A stretch of 64,000 nucleotides of DNA from an uncultured Bacteroidota bacterium (GTDB lineage: Bacteria > Bacteroidota > Bacteroidia > Bacteroidales > WCHB1-69). Positions 46,373 through 55,670 of the stretch are shown one piece after another; position 1 is the first letter of the stretch, and each line of letters starts with the position of its first letter. The notes beneath the pieces are model-generated. The model had not been told where the DNA came from, did not search any database, and saw only the letters and a program-made list of their open reading frames with translations. Where the stretch lies: assembly GCA_902770735.1 (NCBI GenBank), contig CACXUB010000005.1:5639-69638 (forward strand). The letters run 5' to 3'. Made by a program: the position numbers and the translations under genes.

Positions 46373-47690
46373 AAGATTCTGCTTTTTGTTTTATTCGGTA
46401 ACAATTGGTGGAAGTCCTGCACACTTTCCACCGCTCGTCAGAACGTAAACCGATGATCCATAATATATTATCTCCAGAACATAAAAGTCGGACCTGCTCT
46501 TTGGCGAAACGGTCTATCTTATGGTCGGTGAAAAAGTCGCTGAGCTTTTGGCGGCCTTTCCCGCCAAGTGGGTAGAAATAGTCGCCGTGCTGCCACGGAC
46601 GGATTTTCAGCGGAAAAACCAGTTTCTCTTCAGGGATGTATAAGAAGTCCGGGCTTTTATCGAAGGTCATATCTTGTTGATATACAAAATTTTCCACTAA
46701 AAAATGCTGTTTTAAGTCATCCAAAGTTTTAATTTCGACAATCGGGATTTCTTCTTCGGATTTTGGCTTGATAATGAGAAATTCTCTGTCAACCAATAAG
46801 ATATGGGATTCGGAAAGAAAATATTTGCCAGGCTGGAAATCGTCACATTCTGCGAGTCTCAGACTTGTGTCCGAAGAAAAGCCGAAACGGGTGAGCAATT
46901 CATACAGAACCAATTCATTATCCTCGCAATCAGCTAATTTGGAGCGGTTGATGCGGTATGTTTTTCCTTCTTTGGATGCTATTTTGTTTATTTCTGCCTC
47001 GATATGATTCTGGTAGTAAGCGTATTGCCGTTGAAGAATAGTTCTTGAGCGGGTGTTGGTTTGCAAGAATTGAGGGTTTAGTAGTTCCAATTGCGGAATC
47101 ACTGAGTGGCGGATACGGTTGCGGGCAATGGTTTCGTCTTGGTTAGTGATGTCTTGTACATATTCAATATGGTGAATATCAGCATATTGACGAATTTCTT
47201 GGGCGGAAAAAGGCAGCATTGGGCGGATGATTTTGCCGTTTTTGGGCGGAATGCCGCAAAGCCCTTTCAGACCGGTGCCGCGGCAGAGGTTGAGCAGCAT
47301 GGTTTCGGCGGCGTCGGTGGCATGGTGCGCGGTGACGATGTAGTCGAAATCCGTGGAGATTTCCTCGAACCAGGCATACCGCAGCTCACGGGCAACCATT
47401 TCCACTGATTTTCCGGAGTTCTTCTGGATGGCGGGCGTGTCGAATTCCCGGACATAGAGAGGGATTTTCCAATCGCTGGCGATTTTTTGCACGAACTGCA
47501 TGTCGTGGTCGGAGTCCTTGCCGCGCAGGTGGAAGTTGCAGTGCGCCATCGCAAAGGGGATTCCGGCCTCGTGGAACAGGGTTGCCGCGACCATGGAATC
47601 CGCGCCGCCGCTCACCGCCACAAGATAGCGCTTGCGCGGGGCATCGCTTCCCGCCAAGGTTCGTAATTCCTGTAAAAATCGGTCCAGCAT
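46365..47690 (-). CDS. tilS: tRNA(Ile)-lysidine synthase
   Basis: PP-loop VAVSGGADSMV. TilS substrate-binding and C-terminal domains (NILWIIGLRSDERWKV). The track start at 47702 is TTG; the first ATG is at 47690. Confidence 0.9.
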   Translation of the reverse strand: MLDRFLQELRTLAGSDAPRKRYLVAVSGGADSMVAATLFHEAGIPFAMAHCNFHLRGKDSDHDMQFVQKIASDWKIPLYVREFDTPAIQKNSGKSVEMVARELRYAWFEEISTDFDYIVTAHHATDAAETMLLNLCRGTGLKGLCGIPPKNGKIIRPMLPFSAQEIRQYADIHHIEYVQDITNQDETIARNRIRHSVIPQLELLNPQFLQTNTRSRTILQRQYAYYQNHIEAEINKIASKEGKTYRINRSKLADCEDNELVLYELLTRFGFSSDTSLRLAECDDFQPGKYFLSESHILLVDREFLIIKPKSEEEIPIVEIKTLDDLKQHFLVENFVYQQDMTFDKSPDFLYIPEEKLVFPLKIRPWQHGDYFYPLGGKGRQKLSDFFTDHKIDRFAKEQVRLLCSGDNILWIIGLRSDERWKVCRTSTNCYRIKQKAESYE

Positions 47691-47711
47691 ATTTTTATCC
47701 AACGTGTATCT

Positions 47712-48683
47712 CTATTGGAATTCCGTTCGAATTTTGAAATATCGGCGTATTTCCATCTTCATGTATTCGTAAGATCCGAAATTGACGGCTCTCGGGACTT
47801 CGTTTTTGCGCATCATCACCATGCCGGAACCCGCAGGGTCGATATAAGGGGTGATATCGGTTTCTATGGCGAAAGTCAGTTCGTAGTTGCGCACGGTCAC
47901 GCGATTGAAATTGTCGTTGACCTCTTCGTAAAGGATGCCGTTTTCCTCACAGAAAGCTTGCAGATCCGGGGCGGTCTCGTCCCACATTTCGGGCTTGTCG
48001 TTCGGGTTGAAGTAGAAAACGACCGCGTTGTAGTCGGGCAGGGTGTCCACCGTTTCGGCAATTTCAAAACGACCTTGGTCGTTGATGAGGAATTGCTCCA
48101 CCTGTTTCGATGCGCGATGGTATTTTTCGGGATTCTTGAGATAGTCTTGCTTGGTGGCATTCGTCATGGAGTTTGTCCACTCATACTCTTTCGTGGTGCG
48201 GAATTGCCCGTCAGAGAGTCGCAGCGTCCGCCACGTCTCGGTTTCCAGCACATCACCTTGCAGATGGGAGAAGCTGATGGCTACCGGAAGCACGTCGAGG
48301 ATGCGCTGGGTGCCGTAACCGGAGGTGGTGACGAGGTACATCCATTCGCGGTTTTCCGATTGCAGTAGCCAAAGTTCGCGTCCTTCCGGCAACCTTTCCA
48401 CGCATTCCACGCCCCATTCTTGTGGAAAATTGACTCTTGCAGTCCACTTTTTACCCTGGAAGGCGTTCGCTTTTTCCAAAAAAGAAGCTAAAACCTCCTC
48501 CTGCAACGGGTAGAGGGTCTTTGTGCTGTTCACATCGGCGGTCAACGTGTCTCGGATGACCTCCATGGGATATACCACGGGTTCATCGATGTTACCTGTT
48601 GAATCGTCTTTCTTTGATTTACAGTTAGTTAAAAGAAACGCCAATACGAAACACAGGCAAAAGGTTATATGGTTTCGGTTCAT
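47712..48683 (-). CDS. hypothetical lipoprotein
   Basis: Lipobox FLLTNC. 323 aa. ATGA overlap with folP, plus its own -7 box embedded in the folP 3' end. Confidence 0.6.
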   Translation of the reverse strand: MNRNHITFCLCFVLAFLLTNCKSKKDDSTGNIDEPVVYPMEVIRDTLTADVNSTKTLYPLQEEVLASFLEKANAFQGKKWTARVNFPQEWGVECVERLPEGRELWLLQSENREWMYLVTTSGYGTQRILDVLPVAISFSHLQGDVLETETWRTLRLSDGQFRTTKEYEWTNSMTNATKQDYLKNPEKYHRASKQVEQFLINDQGRFEIAETVDTLPDYNAVVFYFNPNDKPEMWDETAPDLQAFCEENGILYEEVNDNFNRVTVRNYELTFAIETDITPYIDPAGSGMVMMRKNEVPRAVNFGSYEYMKMEIRRYFKIRTEFQ

Positions 48684-49504
48684 ATTGAATTTTTCGGCAA
48701 AGATACGATTTTTCGTACTTCGGAGGCTTCTTTCACGTCGTGGACGCGCAGGATGGATGCGCCTTTCATGAGGGCGATGGTGTTGAGGACGGTGGTGCCG
48801 TTGAGGGCGTGTTCGGGAGTTGTTTTCAACAGCTTGTAAATCATGGATTTACGGGAAATTCCTACCAATAACGGATACCCCAACTCCAAGAACACTTCCA
48901 GATTATTCATCAGGAAATAGTTCTGTTCCAATGTTTTACCGAATCCGAAACCTGGGTCGAGGATGATGTCATGGACACTGTTCTCGTGCAGAATTTCAAG
49001 CTGTCTTCCGAAGAACTGCAACATCTCTCCGAGGATGTCTTGATAGTCGGTATATTGCTGCATGACAGACGGTTTCGCGGTCGTGTGCATCAGACAGTAG
49101 GGTACTTGCAATTTGCCCACGGTGGGGATCATCTCTGGATCGAAGGTGCCGCCGGAGATGTCATTGATCATGTCGGCACCGGCCTCCACGGCGGCTTCGG
49201 CCACGGCAGCGCGATAGGTGTCGATGGAGAGGACAGCCTCGGGAAACTCTTCGCGGAGGAGTCGCACGGCACGGACGATTCTCGTAATCTCCTCGTTTTC
49301 AGGAATTTCTTGTGCATCCGGTCGGGTGGACATAGCCCCGATGTCGATGATGTCACCTCCTTCGTTCAGAATCTGTGCGGCGCGTTTCAGAATGGCCGCA
49401 TCCGACACGTAGCGTCCCCCGTCATAGAAGGAGTCTTCTGTGACATTCAAAATGCCCATGATCAGGGGTGTGCTTGCGGATAGTTTTCCGTTAAACTTGT
49501 ACAT
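48680..49504 (-). CDS. folP: dihydropteroate synthase
   Basis: IMGILNVTEDSFYDGG, IIDIGAMSTRP, SIDTY, MINDISGG, GISRKS. Confidence 0.92.
   Translation of the reverse strand: MYKFNGKLSASTPLIMGILNVTEDSFYDGGRYVSDAAILKRAAQILNEGGDIIDIGAMSTRPDAQEIPENEEITRIVRAVRLLREEFPEAVLSIDTYRAAVAEAAVEAGADMINDISGGTFDPEMIPTVGKLQVPYCLMHTTAKPSVMQQYTDYQDILGEMLQFFGRQLEILHENSVHDIILDPGFGFGKTLEQNYFLMNNLEVFLELGYPLLVGISRKSMIYKLLKTTPEHALNGTTVLNTIALMKGASILRVHDVKEASEVRKIVSLPKNSI
48698..48705 (-). promoter_or_regulatory. -7 box TATCTTTG inside the folP 3' end, for lipoprotein gene 47712..48683
   Basis: Exact match on the minus strand, 15 nt upstream of ATG 48683. Lies within the last folP codons (..KIVSLPKNSI). Confidence 0.5.
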
Positions 49505-49570
49505 TTTGGTTATTTGCTTTTGGCCATTAGCTTTTGGCTAACAGCTAATAGCTAATGGCCAAAGGCTAAT
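49505..49570. repeat. heptamer array (TTTTGGC CATTAGC TTTTGGC TAACAGC TAATAGC TAATGGC CAAAGGC) containing a 13-bp perfect hairpin
   Basis: Stem 49519-49531 / 49551-49563. Confidence 0.9.
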
Positions 49571-49575
49571 AACAA

Positions 49576-49605
49576 ACAAGGGACGATCTTCCGACCATCC
49601 CTTGT
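49576..49605 (-). terminator. hairpin after T9SS cargo gene 49635..50933
   Basis: ACAAGGGA(49576-49583)/TCCCTTGT(49598-49605), an 8-bp perfect stem 30 nt after the stop on the minus strand. Confidence 0.5.
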
Positions 49606-49634
49606 CAATATTATATATATGAAACAATCGCAAA

Positions 49635-50933
49635 TTATTTCACAACCACTTTGGTGGTGGTGACTTTGCCGTTCTGGTTCACTTTGAGCATATAGACGCC
49701 GCTGTGGAGGTTGGAGACGTTCACTTGAGCGCTGCCAGTGATGGTTTCGTTATAAACCTGTTGACCGACAAGGTTGAAGAGCTGGATGTTAGCCTTCTCG
49801 TCGTTGCCAAGGTCCACCGTGAATTTGTTGGTGGCAGGGTTCGGATAAACAGTGAGGTTGTTCTTTTCGATTTCAGGAACATTGACGACACCGCAGTCGT
49901 TGCAGGTCACGCGCAGGCTGATATCCGGTTTCGGGTTGCTGCTCCAGAAGATGTTGGGTTGGTAAAGGTTATACCAAGCGCTGCTGGTAATGAAGTTGTC
50001 GGCATCGTGGAAAAGACCTTGTTGATAGTCTTCAAGGAGCTCGTCGGAGCCGGTGGTGGAATAACCGTCGCGGGGTTCGCCATACAGAGCGGTTCTGAAA
50101 GCGCTAAGATCAGTGCCAATGATTGAATTGGGGGTTCTGGCGCATCCGGGGATGAAGGTGACGGTCACGACAAGTTGTTTGGAAGAGAGGTTGGAGAGGC
50201 CGGCGGGGGTGGGTAAGGTCAAATAGTAGAAATCCTCACCGGTGTCGTCGTCAGCCGTCAACGGAATCCTGTCGATAATGATAGTGGAGGATTCAAGGGT
50301 GTTGGTGAGACCAGTAGAGGTCGCGCTGGTTGTGCTGGGGACGAAAGCGTTGTGGTCGAAAGGAATCAGAGGCAGGGCAAAGGCAGCCTGAAATTCACCC
50401 TGATCGTTATAGCTGCCAAGGTATCTGACATCATCTTCGTCAAAACCGATGACATAGGCGATGGCAAGGGTGTCAACCACATCAGCAGCCACATTCGTGC
50501 CGCGCACATAGTTGTAAGGCATCTGAATGGAGTCAACTGAATAGGTGTTGGCACTGGGCATGAAAGGCACATTTGACGGGGCACCGGTGTAGTTGTAGAT
50601 GTCACCCCATGAAGAATGTGACCAGTCGTATATTTGGCCTACTGAATTGAATTGCACGTGTGAATTGCCGTCAGTGAATGAATACAGGCCAAGGGTGTCG
50701 CATTGGATGGGAGGGGCAAAACCGCTGGGCTCAGAACCATAGTAGTCACAAGCATCCACAATCAAGTTGAACCAGAAAGAATTAGCGGCTTTCTGGGGAT
50801 TGGCTTTGGCGGGAGAACCCTTGATGGTGAAAGTAGTACCATCTGTCTTCACAACCTTCTTGGTTGTGGAAATCTGCGCGAAACTGACGGAAACGATCAG
50901 CAAGGCAGCCAATAACATGTAAAACTTTTTCAT
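49635..50933 (-). CDS. T9SS C-terminal-sorting-domain protein (unknown passenger)
   Basis: Signal peptide. C-terminus LTVYPNPATNKFTVDL...NLHSGVYMLKVNQNGKVTTTKVVVK is a Por_Secre_tail-type domain. Confidence 0.8.
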   Translation of the reverse strand: MKKFYMLLAALLIVSVSFAQISTTKKVVKTDGTTFTIKGSPAKANPQKAANSFWFNLIVDACDYYGSEPSGFAPPIQCDTLGLYSFTDGNSHVQFNSVGQIYDWSHSSWGDIYNYTGAPSNVPFMPSANTYSVDSIQMPYNYVRGTNVAADVVDTLAIAYVIGFDEDDVRYLGSYNDQGEFQAAFALPLIPFDHNAFVPSTTSATSTGLTNTLESSTIIIDRIPLTADDDTGEDFYYLTLPTPAGLSNLSSKQLVVTVTFIPGCARTPNSIIGTDLSAFRTALYGEPRDGYSTTGSDELLEDYQQGLFHDADNFITSSAWYNLYQPNIFWSSNPKPDISLRVTCNDCGVVNVPEIEKNNLTVYPNPATNKFTVDLGNDEKANIQLFNLVGQQVYNETITGSAQVNVSNLHSGVYMLKVNQNGKVTTTKVVVK

Positions 50934-50984
50934 TTGTTTGATTTTTTAATTTGATATAATTTTAGTTCATTTCATTCAAGGCGG

Positions 50985-50992
50985 CAAAGATA
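50985..50992 (-). promoter_or_regulatory. -7 box TATCTTTG for T9SS cargo gene 49635..50933
   Basis: Exact match on the minus strand, 52 nt upstream of the start. Confidence 0.6.
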
Positions 50993-50999
50993 CGGTTTT

Positions 51000-51007
51000 T
51001 ATCTTTG
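51000..51007 (+). promoter_or_regulatory. orphan -7 box TATCTTTG, back-to-back with the 50985 box
   Basis: Exact match on the plus strand. The next plus-strand gene (rho) is 410 nt away. Target unknown. Confidence 0.35.
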
Positions 51008-51274
51008 CATCGGCAAATTTTTTTCATAAAAAATCTTAATAGCGAAATGTTGATAATTATCAAGGTTAATTATTTTTGTTAAAACAAGCGGTTTTGTTAA
51101 TATAAAAAATTGATAATGAATAACTTATTGATATTAGACAGCGGATATCCGGAAACGTAATCCAGGTGATGGAAATGTATTAACAGTCAATTTAAAAAAC
51201 GGGGAAAAGGATGGTCCATCCGGCCGTTTGAAAGAAAAAAATCCCACCAGTTGTTGATGTTTCGAAAAATATTG

Positions 51275-51282
51275 TATTTTTG
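51275..51282 (+). promoter_or_regulatory. -7 box TATTTTTG for rho (135-nt leader)
   Basis: Exact match. The leader holds three CGCCGNTYTYCAA direct repeats (51283-51297, 51321-51335, 51340-51354). Confidence 0.55.
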
Positions 51283-51416
51283 CGCCGCTTTTCAAGAAGA
51301 TGTTTTGTGGAGGGGAATAGCGCCGGTCTCAAATAAAAACGCCGGTCTTCAAAAAGGAAGGTATTTCCCCGTTCACATTCAATCCAATGCAAGTTTATCC
51401 TAAAATAAGATAATAA

Positions 51417-53294
51417 ATGTCAGAGATTATCGAAAACAAACCCAGAAGAAAAAGAGTGGTTAGAGGAGGTGAAGGCTTGATGGCCACCTCGAACGAGACG
51501 AAGATGAAGGGTAAGATCAGAGTGGCCGAAAAGGTTGCCACGCCGTTGTTCAACCTCGTCAAGGCGGAGGCTCCTGAACAGAAGCCGGAAATTGTTGAAA
51601 TCACCCCGGAAGAAAAATTCCCGCAAATGGCAAATCCGCTTCCCGTGACAGAGAAGCCCCGGAGAGGCCGGCGCCCCAAGGCAAAACCTCTTCCAGAGCC
51701 TGTTTCGAGCATCGAAGAGACTCCCGTCCCGGAACCGACTCCCGCCCCCGCCCCGGAAAAGAAACGTCGCGGCCGCCCGAAAAAAAATCCCGTCGTGACG
51801 GAAGAACCCCCCGTGGAGGAAGTGGTGGAAGAACTTATGCCCGGCCTGTTCACCGATGAGGAACTGGGCAGGACCACCCCGAAAACCGAAGAAGAGAAAG
51901 TCCCGGTTGTCGATGTCGAGGAGGTGAAAACGACCCCCGAAGCAGCAACGGCCCCCGAAACGCCCGAGGAGAAACCCGAAAAACCTCGTCGCGGCCGCCC
52001 GAAGAAAAAAAATACCGAGACCCCTGCTGAAAACAAGGAGGAAAAACCCGGACGTAAGAAAAAAGGAGCTGGAAAGGAGCAAGCCGACGCGCCCCAAGGC
52101 ACGACTTACACAAATCCTGACACTGCCGAAACGAAAGCGGAGGAAGAGCAGGTCCCCTATCTTGCCAATGCGCAGTACGACGGCTCTGTCATGGCCGAGG
52201 GCGTGCTCGAAATCACCAGCGAAAACTGCGGTTTCCTGCGTTCTTCCGACTATAACTACCTCTCCTCTCCCGATGACATTTACGTTTCCATGTCGCAGAT
52301 AAAGCTCTTCGGCCTCAAGAACGGCGACACGGTCTATGGTGCCATCCGCCCGCCCAAACCCGGCGAGAAATATTTCCCGCTGACGAAAATCGACCGGATC
52401 AACGGCTGCCTTCCCGAGGAAATCCGCGACCGTATCCCGTTCGACTACCTCACTCCGATGTTCCCGGACGAGAAGATAAACATCACCGGTCATCCCGGCT
52501 GCAAGCTCTCCACCCGTATCATTGACCTTTTCGCCCCCATCGGCAAAGGTCAGCGCGGATTGATCGTGGCTCAGCCGAAAACTGGTAAAACAGTGTTGCT
52601 CAAAGACATAGCAAACGCCATCGCCTACAATCATCCTGAAATTTACCTCATCATCCTGCTCATCGACGAACGTCCCGAAGAGGTCACCGACATGCAGCGC
52701 AGTGTGAATGCCGAGGTGATTTCCTCCACATTCGACGAACCGGCGGAGCGTCACGTCAAGATTGCCAACATGGTGCTTGACAAGGCGAAACGCATGGTGG
52801 AGTGCGGTCACGATGTCTGCATTTTGCTCGACTCCATCACCCGTTTGGCCCGTGCGTTCAACACCATGGCGCCCGCATCCGGAAAGGTGCTTTCCGGCGG
52901 TGTGGAGGCCAATGCCCTGCAAAAGCCCAAACGCTTCTTCGGCGCGGCCCGTAACGTGGAGAACGGCGGTTCCCTGACCATCATCTCCACCGCCTTGATT
53001 GACACGGGTTCCCGCATGGACGAGGTGATCTTCGAGGAATTCAAAGGAACCGGCAACATGGAGTTGCAGCTCGACCGCAAGCTCTCCAACAAGCGCATCT
53101 ACCCGGCTGTCGATATCGTGGCTTCTAGCACTCGCCGCGACGACCTGCTCCAGGATGCCGCCACGCTGCAGAAAGTTTGGATTCTCCGTAACCATATCGC
53201 CGATATGACGACAATCGAAGCGATGAACCTGATTATCAGCAATATGGAGGATACCAAGAACAATGAAGAGTTCCTCAACTCTATGAACGGTTAG
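51417..53294 (+). CDS. rho: transcription termination factor Rho with ~230-aa disordered, AT-hook-like N-terminal region
   Basis: Core: [28 protein letters not shown] (RNA-binding), Walker [30 protein letters not shown]-terminal low-complexity region with [26 protein letters not shown]. Confidence 0.95.
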   Translation: MSEIIENKPRRKRVVRGGEGLMATSNETKMKGKIRVAEKVATPLFNLVKAEAPEQKPEIVEITPEEKFPQMANPLPVTEKPRRGRRPKAKPLPEPVSSIEETPVPEPTPAPAPEKKRRGRPKKNPVVTEEPPVEEVVEELMPGLFTDEELGRTTPKTEEEKVPVVDVEEVKTTPEAATAPETPEEKPEKPRRGRPKKKNTETPAENKEEKPGRKKKGAGKEQADAPQGTTYTNPDTAETKAEEEQVPYLANAQYDGSVMAEGVLEITSENCGFLRSSDYNYLSSPDDIYVSMSQIKLFGLKNGDTVYGAIRPPKPGEKYFPLTKIDRINGCLPEEIRDRIPFDYLTPMFPDEKINITGHPGCKLSTRIIDLFAPIGKGQRGLIVAQPKTGKTVLLKDIANAIAYNHPEIYLIILLIDERPEEVTDMQRSVNAEVISSTFDEPAERHVKIANMVLDKAKRMVECGHDVCILLDSITRLARAFNTMAPASGKVLSGGVEANALQKPKRFFGAARNVENGGSLTIISTALIDTGSRMDEVIFEEFKGTGNMELQLDRKLSNKRIYPAVDIVASSTRRDDLLQDAATLQKVWILRNHIADMTTIEAMNLIISNMEDTKNNEEFLNSMNG

Positions 53295-53327
53295 ACTCTC
53301 TGCGTATCACATTTGCTCGCTTTTTTG

Positions 53328-54602
53328 ATGAAAAAGGCAATATTCGCCATAGCCGTGTTCGTATGTTTCGCTTTGACCCTCAAGGCGGACACGTTCACGG
53401 CTTTTTTCACGAAAGAGCGTTACACGCAGTATTTGCTTGACACCATTGGGGACCGCTATGACGTTGAGGGACTGGAGTTTGTGGCCAATGACATGTCGGA
53501 TAAATTGAACGGCATCTTGTTGGTGGCGGTGCGCGACACGGTGTTGGTGGAACATGCCTACGGGGAACTGCGCCTGACTGGCGAACCGCCCCATCGCGAT
53601 GTGCCCGAAAACAACCGCATTACGGAAACCTCCCTCTTTGACCTGGCGTCCATCTCCAAGCAGTTTACCGCCGTGTCGGTGCTGCAGCTTTGCGCGCAAG
53701 GGAAAATCAGTCTCGATGACACGATTACGAAATATTTTCCGAACCTTCCCTACCAAGGGGTGAGTATCAGGAATTTACTGACCCATACAACCGGAATCCC
53801 CGAATATTTCAAGTTCAAATACACGGTTTACGGTTCCGTGGCGTTTGTGGATAATGAACTGCTTTTGCGCGTGCTGGAAAAGCAGAAGTACGCCAAAACC
53901 TTCCAGACAGGCACTAAATTCGAATATGTGAACACCAATTACGCGATTTTGGCGGCATTGGTGGCGAAAGTTTCTGGAATGCCGTTTGAGGAGTACGTGC
54001 ATGAGCACCTTTTCAAGCCTGCCGGTATGGAGAATACCTGTTTTTTCACGGAAATTGTGGGAATTGATGCCAAACATGGCAGGAAATATGCCAATGTCGA
54101 TCCGAAAGCGGAGGATGTGAGTGTTCAGCCGTTGCCTTGGGGAGTGACTATTGCCCGGGGACATCGAAAAGTGGCCGTCACAGCCAAATTCGACAGGCTC
54201 AACGGCGTGCTCGGCGACAAGGGTGTCTATTCCAATGCAGAAGATATGCTTCGCTGGGCCAACGCTCTCTTCATGGACTACAAAATCTTGCCGAAGGAGT
54301 GGGTGGATTCCGCTTCGACCCGCGAAAACCAGCTGAACGACGGTTCTTTGCCCAAAAGCATATACGGCTTCGGCTTTCGTATCGAGGAGAGCCCCACTCA
54401 TGGGAAACTGGTCTATCACGGCGGCCTTTGGAACGGATTCCAGAATCTGTTTCTCTATCGCCCGTCCGACAACGCGGTGATCGTTTTCCTCAGCAATCTC
54501 TATAACAAAGCCCATGCCGGCCGCAGCGACCAAATGCTCAATATTCTCGATGGAATTTATGAGGAAGTGACGGAAGAGGATGAAGAGACTATTAGTTATT
54601 AG
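53328..54602 (+). CDS. serine hydrolase, beta-lactamase (class C/AmpH-like) family
   Basis: SxxK motif LASISKQFTA and a YxN-type motif (YVNTNY). Signal peptide MKKAIFAIAVFVCFALTLKA. Start set to ATG 53328. Confidence 0.85.
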   Translation: MKKAIFAIAVFVCFALTLKADTFTAFFTKERYTQYLLDTIGDRYDVEGLEFVANDMSDKLNGILLVAVRDTVLVEHAYGELRLTGEPPHRDVPENNRITETSLFDLASISKQFTAVSVLQLCAQGKISLDDTITKYFPNLPYQGVSIRNLLTHTTGIPEYFKFKYTVYGSVAFVDNELLLRVLEKQKYAKTFQTGTKFEYVNTNYAILAALVAKVSGMPFEEYVHEHLFKPAGMENTCFFTEIVGIDAKHGRKYANVDPKAEDVSVQPLPWGVTIARGHRKVAVTAKFDRLNGVLGDKGVYSNAEDMLRWANALFMDYKILPKEWVDSASTRENQLNDGSLPKSIYGFGFRIEESPTHGKLVYHGGLWNGFQNLFLYRPSDNAVIVFLSNLYNKAHAGRSDQMLNILDGIYEEVTEEDEETISY

Positions 54603-54712
54603 CTATTGCTGTGACTTAGTATGGACTTAGACTTAAGACTTAAGACTTAAGACTTAGACATAGACTTAAACTTAGACTTAGACTTAGACATAGACTTAAA
54701 CTTAGACTATTG
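54591..54712 (+). repeat. ~17 heptamer-period units (ATTAGTT ATTAGCT ... TTAAGAC x3 ...), including a 30-bp duplication, overlapping the stop codon
   Basis: GACTTAGACATAGACTTAAACTTAGACT occurs at both 54651-54678 and 54681-54708. The stop TAG is at 54600-54602. Confidence 0.9.
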
Positions 54713-54771
54713 TCTGCTCACTAATCACATAAACAAAAGATTTTCTAACCATTAACCTATTAACCCATTAA

Positions 54772-55611
54772 ATGACCTATTATCCCGCAAACTATCATAC
54801 CCATTGCCTCTATTGTGACGGAAAGAGCACATTGGAAGAACATGTTCGGGAAGCGGAAAAACAGGGACTTTTGCAGCTCGGTTTTTCCTCGCATGCACCC
54901 GTGCCGTTCGAGAACAAATTCGCCATCTCGGAGGAGGATTTGCCCGAATATATACGGGAAATCGATCGCTTGAAGTCCCAAACAGACGTCTGCCTGCTGA
55001 AAGCCTTGGAATGCGACTTTATTCCCGGGATGACGGTGGATTTTGCGGACAGAAAGTCGGTCAACGGTCTTGACTACGTTATTGGAGGGGTGCATTTGGT
55101 ACGGCCCCCGCACGGTGACGGCCTTTGGTTCATCGACGGTCCCAAGCAGGAAATTTACGACAACGGCCTGCGGGAGCTGTTCGACAACAATGTCAAGTTG
55201 GCGGTCACCACGTTTTGGGAACAGACCTTCGAGATGCTCGAAACGCAGAAAATGGACATCATCGCCCATTTTGACAAAATCAAGATGCACAACCGCAATC
55301 GTTTTTTCACCGAGGATGAAAGTTGGTATAAAATACTGGCTGACAAAGCAATACGGTTGATCAAACGCCACGATGTGATTGTCGAGGTGAACACGCGCGG
55401 GTTGTACAAAAAGCGCAGCGACAGTTTCTATCCTTCCACGGAGTTGTTGATGAAAGCCCGCAAGGCGGATATTCCGGTGTTGATCAGCAGCGATGCGCAT
55501 CAAGCGGAGGAACTCACCCTCTTCATGCCCGAGGCGGCCGCGGAATTGCAGCGCTGCGGTTATGACCACACCGCGTGGTTCGATGTCGAAAAGGGGCGGT
55601 TTGTGTATTAG
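54772..55611 (+). CDS. histidinol-phosphatase, PHP family (HisJ/HisK type)
   Basis: N-terminal metal motif YHTHCLYCDG, GFSSHAP, GGVHLV, IAHFDKIK, SSDAH. Confidence 0.8.
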   Translation: MTYYPANYHTHCLYCDGKSTLEEHVREAEKQGLLQLGFSSHAPVPFENKFAISEEDLPEYIREIDRLKSQTDVCLLKALECDFIPGMTVDFADRKSVNGLDYVIGGVHLVRPPHGDGLWFIDGPKQEIYDNGLRELFDNNVKLAVTTFWEQTFEMLETQKMDIIAHFDKIKMHNRNRFFTEDESWYKILADKAIRLIKRHDVIVEVNTRGLYKKRSDSFYPSTELLMKARKADIPVLISSDAHQAEELTLFMPEAAAELQRCGYDHTAWFDVEKGRFVY

Positions 55612-55636
55612 CTGTTAGCTTTTGGCTTTTTCTTGT
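55609..55636 (+). repeat. heptamers TAGCTGT TAGCTTT TGGCTTT TTCTTGT starting at the stop codon
   Basis: Read directly. The stop TAG is at 55609-55611. Confidence 0.8.
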
Positions 55637-55644
55637 AAATTTAG

Positions 55645-55652
55645 TAATTTTG
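55645..55652 (+). promoter_or_regulatory. -7 box TAATTTTG for the CBS/HEPN-like gene
   Basis: Exact match, 19 nt upstream of ATG 55671. Confidence 0.6.
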
Positions 55653-55670
55653 CTGCTCAAATTTTGGATT

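Noticed and set aside
51049-51135. GATAAT-containing words (TTGATAATTATCAA; GATAATGAATAAC) reminiscent of a Fur box
   Set aside because: Only the first 8 nt of the second site match the 19-bp proteobacterial Fur consensus, and the rest diverges. I kept these only as an unspecified palindromic operator candidate.
51192-51392. 66-aa minus-strand ORF upstream of rho
   Set aside because: It has no promoter box, and its C-terminal hydrophobic tail is simply the translation of the hairpin/U-run. The region is more likely non-coding.
51395-53195. Two long minus-strand ORFs (591 aa and 235 aa) opposite rho
   Set aside because: These are antisense shadows. The 235-aa one mirrors the low-complexity Rho N-terminal region (S/G/F-rich nonsense), and rho itself is unambiguous.
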